From: a virus
Length of the DNA stretch: 44,238 nucleotides
Virus record (IMG/VR): IMGVR_UViG_3300030735_000039
Strand: one strand, 5' to 3'
Shown: in pieces, positions 39,518-44,238 of the stretch
Layout: each line of letters begins with the position of its first letter
Numbering within the stretch: position 1 is the first letter of the stretch
The notes under the pieces: model-generated
What the model saw: only the letters and a program-made list of their open reading frames with translations
Told to the model about the DNA's origin: nothing
Database searches by the model: none
Made by a program: the position numbers and the translations under genes

Positions 39518-40216
39518 TCAGCCCCCCTCTCGTGTGTAGTCCAGGCGGCAGTTGCAGTTCGCCGTTTCCTCGGCGCTGCCGTTCGCGTCGCCGGGCCAGC
39601 GCAGCCCGTTGGAGAAGGTGCGGCCCAGCTCGACGCTGTCGCCGTTCATCCGGACGTGGGACTCGCGCGGGTTCTTCCCGCCCGTCCGCCACACCTTGTG
39701 GGTCAGGCCCGAGGCGCCGGCCGCGTCGTGCGAGCCGAAGCTGCGGGCCTCCGTCGCGGCGGTCACCGCGCGCATTCCGGCGGCCACGACCCACGACGCC
39801 AGCCCGGTCTTCAGGTTGTCGCGCCAGTCGCCCTCGTCGCGGACGGCCGCGGTCGCCGCGCTGTAGGCGGCCTGCTCGTACTGCTCGGCGTGCGAGGCCG
39901 CCGCAGCCGCCAGCCACGCCTCCATCACGGCCGCATCCCAGCCGTCGGCCTCCGGGTTCCACACCCCGAGCACCGACCAGGCCCCGATCTGAGCGAGCCG
40001 GAACCCGTACCCGGCGATGAGTGCGGCCAGCTGCGCCTGCCGCTCCGGGGACTGCGCGGCCCACAGGTCGAAGAAGTCCGGAGGTCCGTCGGCTTTCGCG
40101 TCGGCTCGCTCCAGCAGTCCGTCGGCCTGCCGCTCCGCCCACCCCATCAGGGCAGCGGCGAACGCGTCCCGCTCCGCCTCGAACGTGCCCAGGTCCTCGG
40201 GCCGCCCGGCCTTCAC
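39518..40216 (-). CDS. Minor head protein, Mu F/SPP1 gp7-like
   Basis: The C-terminal motif is NPRESHVRMNGDSVELGRTFSNGLRWPGD...CNCRL. GTG 40216 overlaps the portal stop (GTGA). Confidence 0.8.
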   Translation of the reverse strand: MKAGRPEDLGTFEAERDAFAAALMGWAERQADGLLERADAKADGPPDFFDLWAAQSPERQAQLAALIAGYGFRLAQIGAWSVLGVWNPEADGWDAAVMEAWLAAAAASHAEQYEQAAYSAATAAVRDEGDWRDNLKTGLASWVVAAGMRAVTAATEARSFGSHDAAGASGLTHKVWRTGGKNPRESHVRMNGDSVELGRTFSNGLRWPGDANGSAEETANCNCRLDYTREGG

Positions 40217-41556
40217 GCGGAGCGGCCCCGACCTTTTGGGAGAGCGTCCGGCGCGGTGTCCCTCGGCGACGCCAGCCCGCCGATGGTCACATTCAGCGGC
40301 GTCACCAGTTCGTCGGTGCCCTCCACGTGCGGCAGGTTCTGCACCGCGCGCGCCTCCGAGCGCAGCATGTACGGCGCCCCGACAGCGGTCTGAAGCAGCG
40401 CGGCCTGCTCCGTGAAGGAGCCGCGCAGCTTGGCCTCCAGGTTCGCCTCGACGTACAGGTTCGAGCCGGGCGCGAGCAGCGGCACCAGCATGGAGTTCAG
40501 GACGTCCTGCCACTGCGTGACGTACGGCCCGAGCGAGATCGTGAACAGCATCTGCCGGAAGGCGTCGATGTTGGAGAACGTGCCCTCGCGCGCGCCCACC
40601 AGCTCGGGGGCGATGTGGTAGGCGCTCGCCACCTCGGCGTCGGTGAGCTGGCGGCCCTCGATGTCCTGCGTCTCCCGCGGGTTGAAGGCGCTGATGGTCT
40701 TCAGCGTCATGCCGTCCTCAAGGATCGGCGTGCCGCCAGCAGACGGGCCGCGCCCGACGAAGGCGTTGAACGCGGCGATGAAGCGGGCCTTCGCCGTCGG
40801 CGACCAGGCAGCCGCGTCCGCCGGCCGCTCGATCACGGCCGGTACACGGGCGCCGTTGCGCCACACGGAGCGGCGCCACTCGATCGCCTCGGTCTGCTCG
40901 GCGAGGATCTGCCGCAGCGTGTCCATCGGCGAGGTGCCGTCCGCGCCGACCGTGGCATATCCGTGGTCGAACAGGTACGGGGCGGGCAGCGGCACCACCT
41001 GCGCCGGGCCGCGCGACGAGATCAGGTACAGCGCTGCGGGCTGGTCGTCGTCGTCCGCCAGGATGTGGAAGCGGCGGGCGGGCTTGCGCCGCAGCTCGAA
41101 CCCGGAGGCTGTGTCCGCGCTGGGCAGGATCTGCTGGCACCACCGGTCGTAGATCAGCCAGTCCACCAGGGTGGAGTGCCACAGCCGCGACGGCGAGCGG
41201 TGCGGCGCCGGTTGCCCAAGGAGCTGCGCGATCGGGTGGTCGGTCACCCGGCGCCGGTCGGTGTCGGAGACCCGCTCGTAGACGTGCCACGGGATCGTGC
41301 ACAGCTGCCGGGCGATGTAGTCGACGACCTTCCGCACCGACGGCTGGGTCTCCCACACCCGGGCCGCCGCCGCGGTGTCGGAGTAGTTCGACAGCGGCAC
41401 CCCCGGGTCCACCACCCGGATGCCGTTCGCCATCAGGTGCGCGCCCAGCTCCGACAGGTCGCTGAACTGCTCGGCAGCCTTGGCCAGTACGGGCACTCCG
41501 TCCTGATCGACGACCTGCCCGGAGACAGGGGCCTTGCGGCGCGGCCACCAGCGCAT
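40213..41556 (-). CDS. Portal protein, HK97 family
   Basis: Supported by size, position after terL and the motif GTPILEDGMTLKT...ETQDIEGRQLTDAEVASAYHIAPELVG. AAGGAGGTGG lies upstream of the ATG. Confidence 0.9.
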   Translation of the reverse strand: MRWWPRRKAPVSGQVVDQDGVPVLAKAAEQFSDLSELGAHLMANGIRVVDPGVPLSNYSDTAAAARVWETQPSVRKVVDYIARQLCTIPWHVYERVSDTDRRRVTDHPIAQLLGQPAPHRSPSRLWHSTLVDWLIYDRWCQQILPSADTASGFELRRKPARRFHILADDDDQPAALYLISSRGPAQVVPLPAPYLFDHGYATVGADGTSPMDTLRQILAEQTEAIEWRRSVWRNGARVPAVIERPADAAAWSPTAKARFIAAFNAFVGRGPSAGGTPILEDGMTLKTISAFNPRETQDIEGRQLTDAEVASAYHIAPELVGAREGTFSNIDAFRQMLFTISLGPYVTQWQDVLNSMLVPLLAPGSNLYVEANLEAKLRGSFTEQAALLQTAVGAPYMLRSEARAVQNLPHVEGTDELVTPLNVTIGGLASPRDTAPDALPKGRGRSA

Positions 41557-41571
41557 ACGCCCACCTCCTTC

Positions 41572-43341
41572 TCAGATCGCTTCGAAGTCGCCGTCTTCGT
41601 AGGCCGATACACGCTTGGGCGGGCGGGCCAGGACCTCGGACATGGCGTCGCACAGTGCGCTGACGCCGTCGATCTTGTCGCCGCCGGAGGACTTGTCCGG
41701 CTTCACGTTGCCGGCGGTGTCGATGGCCACGGCGAGGTTGTCGACCATCCACGCCATGACGGGGTTCCCGTCGTGCCGCAGCATCGGCCGGCCGCCCTCG
41801 CGTACCTGCCGCTGCCCTTGGAGCAGCAGTCGCTGCACTGCCTTCAGCGCCGGGGACATGGACTTGTAGCCCTGGCCGACGCCGACCATTGGCGCACGCT
41901 CACCTTCCAGATCGTTGGTCAGAGGAGTCGATGACCAGCGGTCGAAGCCGAGCGACTTCACCTCGAAGAAGTCGAGGTCCGCTCTGATCTGGTCGCCGAT
42001 CACGCTGTAGTCGGTGACGTTGCCGGGCGTGGTCTTCAGCCAGCCCTCGCGCACCCACACGGAGGCGTTCCCGGCCGTGCGCCGGTCGAGGTCCGTGATG
42101 TTCTCCTCGGGCGTCCAGAAGCGAACGACCATGTCCACGCTGCCGTCCCGGTCGTCCGGGAACAGCCACACCAGCGCGTTCAGGTCGGACACGGCGCCCA
42201 GGTCCAGGCCGCCGTACGCCTCGCGCTCGCGCAGCTTCTCCTCGACGATCAGCGCGCCGTTCGCCGTCCACGACTCCAGCGTCAGGAACTTCGTCGTCTG
42301 CTTCGTACGGACACCGCAGTGCAGCCGCAGGAACGACGCCAGCTCCGCCGGTGACTGCTTCGCCTTGTCCGCAGCCACCCGCAGGTAGGCACGCGTCGGG
42401 CTGACCCCGTAGCCCGGGTTCGCCTTCCTCCACGTCGCCTCGTCGAACGGATCGTCGTCCCGCTCGGCCGCGAATACGACCCCGTACACGGCCGGTGCGG
42501 TGTACGCCCCGCGCGCCAGCTGCTCGATGCGCTCACGCTTGCGGTGGTAGACCGACTGGCGGTTACCCGCGTCCGCCGTCGTGATGATGAAGATGAGCGG
42601 CTGCCGACGCGAGCCGGTACCGGACTCGATCGTCTCCACCAGCTCCGGGCTCTTGTGCTCGTGCAGCTCGTCGACGATGCCGCCGTGCAGGTTCAGGCCG
42701 TGCTGCGCGCCCGCGAGGGACGACACCGGCTTGAAGTATGAGTCCGTCTTCGGGTGCAGGATCACCCCGGCCATCGGCTGCATCACCCGCTTGAGCGCGG
42801 GCGACTTCTCCACGATCGCCTTGACCGGCTTGAAGAGCAGACCGGCCTGCTCCTTGGTCACGGCCGCAGTGATGACCTGAGCGCCCGGCTCCCCATCGGC
42901 CGCCATCAGGTAAAGCGCGATGCCGCCCGCCAGCGTCGTCTTGCCGTTCTTGCGCGGCACGTCGACGTAGACCTCGCGGATGATCCGCACGTACATATCC
43001 GCGTCGTCGTCCCACTGCACCCACCCGAAGATCGGCGCCAGGATGTACGCGACTTGCCACGGGTCCGGCCGCAGTGGCCTCCCGGCCAGCGCGCCCTGGG
43101 TGTGCCGCAGCTGCTCGAACGCCCGCATCACCTTGTCGACGCGCTCGGCGTCGAACACGGCGCCGGGCACGTCCCGCGGCTCGGGAGTCTTGACCAGCGG
43201 CGGGCAGTCCGGCAGCGGTATGCCGCGCTCGACCAGATACCAGGCGACTTCCGGGCTCAGCTTCAGCCGGGCCAGCAGCTCCTCGTCCAGATAGGCGGCC
43301 GGGACGCCGCTACCCGAAGGGGTTGTCGGGGTCCGGCTCAT
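41572..43341 (-). CDS. terL: Terminase large subunit (Terminase_1 type)
   Basis: The Walker A-like motif is VDVPRKNGKTTLAGGIALY. Size is 589 aa, and the gene lies between terS and the portal gene. Confidence 0.92.
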   Translation of the reverse strand: MSRTPTTPSGSGVPAAYLDEELLARLKLSPEVAWYLVERGIPLPDCPPLVKTPEPRDVPGAVFDAERVDKVMRAFEQLRHTQGALAGRPLRPDPWQVAYILAPIFGWVQWDDDADMYVRIIREVYVDVPRKNGKTTLAGGIALYLMAADGEPGAQVITAAVTKEQAGLLFKPVKAIVEKSPALKRVMQPMAGVILHPKTDSYFKPVSSLAGAQHGLNLHGGIVDELHEHKSPELVETIESGTGSRRQPLIFIITTADAGNRQSVYHRKRERIEQLARGAYTAPAVYGVVFAAERDDDPFDEATWRKANPGYGVSPTRAYLRVAADKAKQSPAELASFLRLHCGVRTKQTTKFLTLESWTANGALIVEEKLREREAYGGLDLGAVSDLNALVWLFPDDRDGSVDMVVRFWTPEENITDLDRRTAGNASVWVREGWLKTTPGNVTDYSVIGDQIRADLDFFEVKSLGFDRWSSTPLTNDLEGERAPMVGVGQGYKSMSPALKAVQRLLLQGQRQVREGGRPMLRHDGNPVMAWMVDNLAVAIDTAGNVKPDKSSGGDKIDGVSALCDAMSEVLARPPKRVSAYEDGDFEAI

Positions 43342-43765
43342 GCTCAGACCCCCTCGCCAGCTGCTGCTCGGTCGACGGGGTCAGCCCGAAGTGGGCCGCC
43401 CACGCCCGCAGCTCACGGCCGGCCGCGCGAGCGATGCCGACCGCGGGGTGAGGCAGCGTGCCCTGCTTCGCCTCGAACGTCAGCCCTTCCCGCTGGACGG
43501 TCTCGGTCGCCTCGCGGAAGGTGGCCCAGGCCTCGCAGTACGCCGCCAGGGCGCCGCGGTCCTCGGGCTTCAGCAGGTCGAGGCGGGACAGGCCGGGAAC
43601 GACGCGGTCCCATTCGGCGCGGGCCTCGTCCGAGAGCCAGTCCGGAGCCTCGGGCGGGATGCGCTTGAAGGCCGGTCCGAGGTGGACGTCGCGGCCGGCA
43701 GAGTCCTTGCCGGGCGCGCGGCCCTTGATCAGCTTGAGGGTGGCGGGTTGCGGTGTGCGGCCCAT
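43310..43765 (-). CDS. terS: Terminase small subunit, P27 family
   Basis: The N-terminus GRTPQPATLKLIKGRAPGKD, plus LSDEARAEWDRVVPGL and GLTPSTEQQLAR, are typical. ATG 43765 follows GAAGGGGGG. Confidence 0.85.
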   Translation of the reverse strand: MGRTPQPATLKLIKGRAPGKDSAGRDVHLGPAFKRIPPEAPDWLSDEARAEWDRVVPGLSRLDLLKPEDRGALAAYCEAWATFREATETVQREGLTFEAKQGTLPHPAVGIARAAGRELRAWAAHFGLTPSTEQQLARGSEHEPDPDNPFG

Positions 43766-43834
43766 GGCGGGTGACCCCCCTTCGGGATTCTGTGCACGCA
43801 CGCGCCGAGCTGACGGCGCCGGGCCCCCAGCCGA

Positions 43835-44092
43835 TCACCCCGGCGATGGCGACTCCCCTACCCCCGGGGTGGGCTGGGGGAGGTCGGTCAGGTCGCCTCC
43901 GGTGAGCAGGTAGGCGGCGGCCTCGGTCATCAGCCCGGCGAGCATCGTGCGGATCTCGCCGAGGTCAACGCCGTCGGGGTGGACGGCCACGGTGATGCTG
44001 CCGATCTCTGTGCGCAGTTCGGCGCCGTCAGGCAGGTCGGTGACGAGGTGGACAGCGCTGGTGATCTCTGCGGGCATGGGGTGAGCCTCCAT
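43835..44092 (-). CDS. Hypothetical protein (85 aa) between HNH and terS
   Basis: ATG 44092 lies 4 nt after the HNH stop. Codon bias looks coding. Confidence 0.6.
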   Translation of the reverse strand: MEAHPMPAEITSAVHLVTDLPDGAELRTEIGSITVAVHPDGVDLGEIRTMLAGLMTEAAAYLLTGGDLTDLPQPTPGVGESPSPG

Positions 44093-44096
44093 CGGG

Positions 44097-44238
44097 TCAG
44101 TGGGGCCTGCGGCGTGCCCTGTTGGCTCGTGCGGCCTCGGCCTTGGACTTGACGAGGTGGCATGGGCCGCAGATCAGGCCGAGGTTGTCGAGGTCCTCGA
44201 CGGCTCCGCCCTCGAAGATCGGCGTGATGTGGTCCAGC
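44097..44238 (-). CDS. HNH endonuclease, 3' part (continues from 1..353 across the circular junction)
   Basis: The frame continues ...HLVKSKAEAARANRARRRPH to stop TGA at 44097..44099. Confidence 0.85.
   Translation of the reverse strand, partial: LDHITPIFEGGAVEDLDNLGLICGPCHLVKSKAEAARANRARRRPH
44140..44238. repeat. Terminal overlap, identical to 1..99
   Basis: Direct comparison. Confidence 0.95.

Larger units (their letters stand above)
1..44238. mobile_element. Complete circularly permuted genome of a temperate HK97-like siphovirus of a high-GC actinomycete, with integration, immunity, replication, plasmid-like transfer, packaging, head, tail and lysis modules
   Basis: A full set of recognisable phage modules is present together with integrase/attP. 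The exact 99-bp end overlap closes the circle. Nearly all genes are on one strand and joined by stop-start overlaps. Confidence 0.85.

Noticed and set aside
40217-40513. N-terminal extensions of track ORFs (39518..40513, 39237..40142, 38431..39267, 37139..38473, 36873..38030, 35828..37054, 26639..28582, 25707..27638, 21054..22472, 19398..20285 and others)
   Set aside because: The extensions overlap the preceding well-supported genes in another frame and are Arg/Pro-rich. Internal ATG/GTG/TTG starts sit exactly at stop-start overlaps or behind Shine-Dalgarno-like sequences, so the genes were trimmed.

Overview
The window appears to be one complete, circularly closed genome of about 44.1 kb. 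Bases 1..99 are repeated exactly at 44140..44238, and an HNH endonuclease gene reads straight through that junction. It looks like a temperate HK97-like siphovirus from a very GC-rich actinomycete. Codon usage looks Streptomyces-like, with third positions almost all G/C; GC was judged by eye, not computed.

About 55 genes lie on the minus strand in long, translationally coupled strings:
- an early region: Cro-like, Xis-like, Prim-Pol/P-loop replicase, iteron block, SF2 helicase, orphan C5-methyltransferase and small unknowns;
- a plasmid/AICE-like block with a TraB/FtsK-type translocase and small membrane proteins;
- HNH, TerS, TerL, portal, MuF-like protein, prohead protease and capsid;
- connectors, major tail protein, frameshifted chaperones and tape measure;
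- Dit, minor tail proteins, a beta-helix tailspike, and a lysis cassette (amidase, holin, membrane proteins).

The plus strand carries the lysogeny genes: a CI-like repressor, a small ORF, and a tyrosine integrase followed by attP containing the 3' part of a tRNA-Lys(UUU). It also carries a small XRE regulator, a GntR/UTRA regulator and a lone ribbon-helix-helix gene.

The most interesting parts are:
1. A regulator-flanked four-gene operon between the lysis genes and attP. It encodes a degenerate anti-sigma/HATPase-like protein plus three tiny Cys/His proteins.
2. AICE hallmarks (TraB-like translocase, Spd-like membrane proteins, Kor-like GntR, Prim-Pol) inside a full phage.
3. Two facing arrays of a 9-bp iteron between the replicase and helicase genes.

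All family assignments rest on motif recognition by eye. No database search was run.
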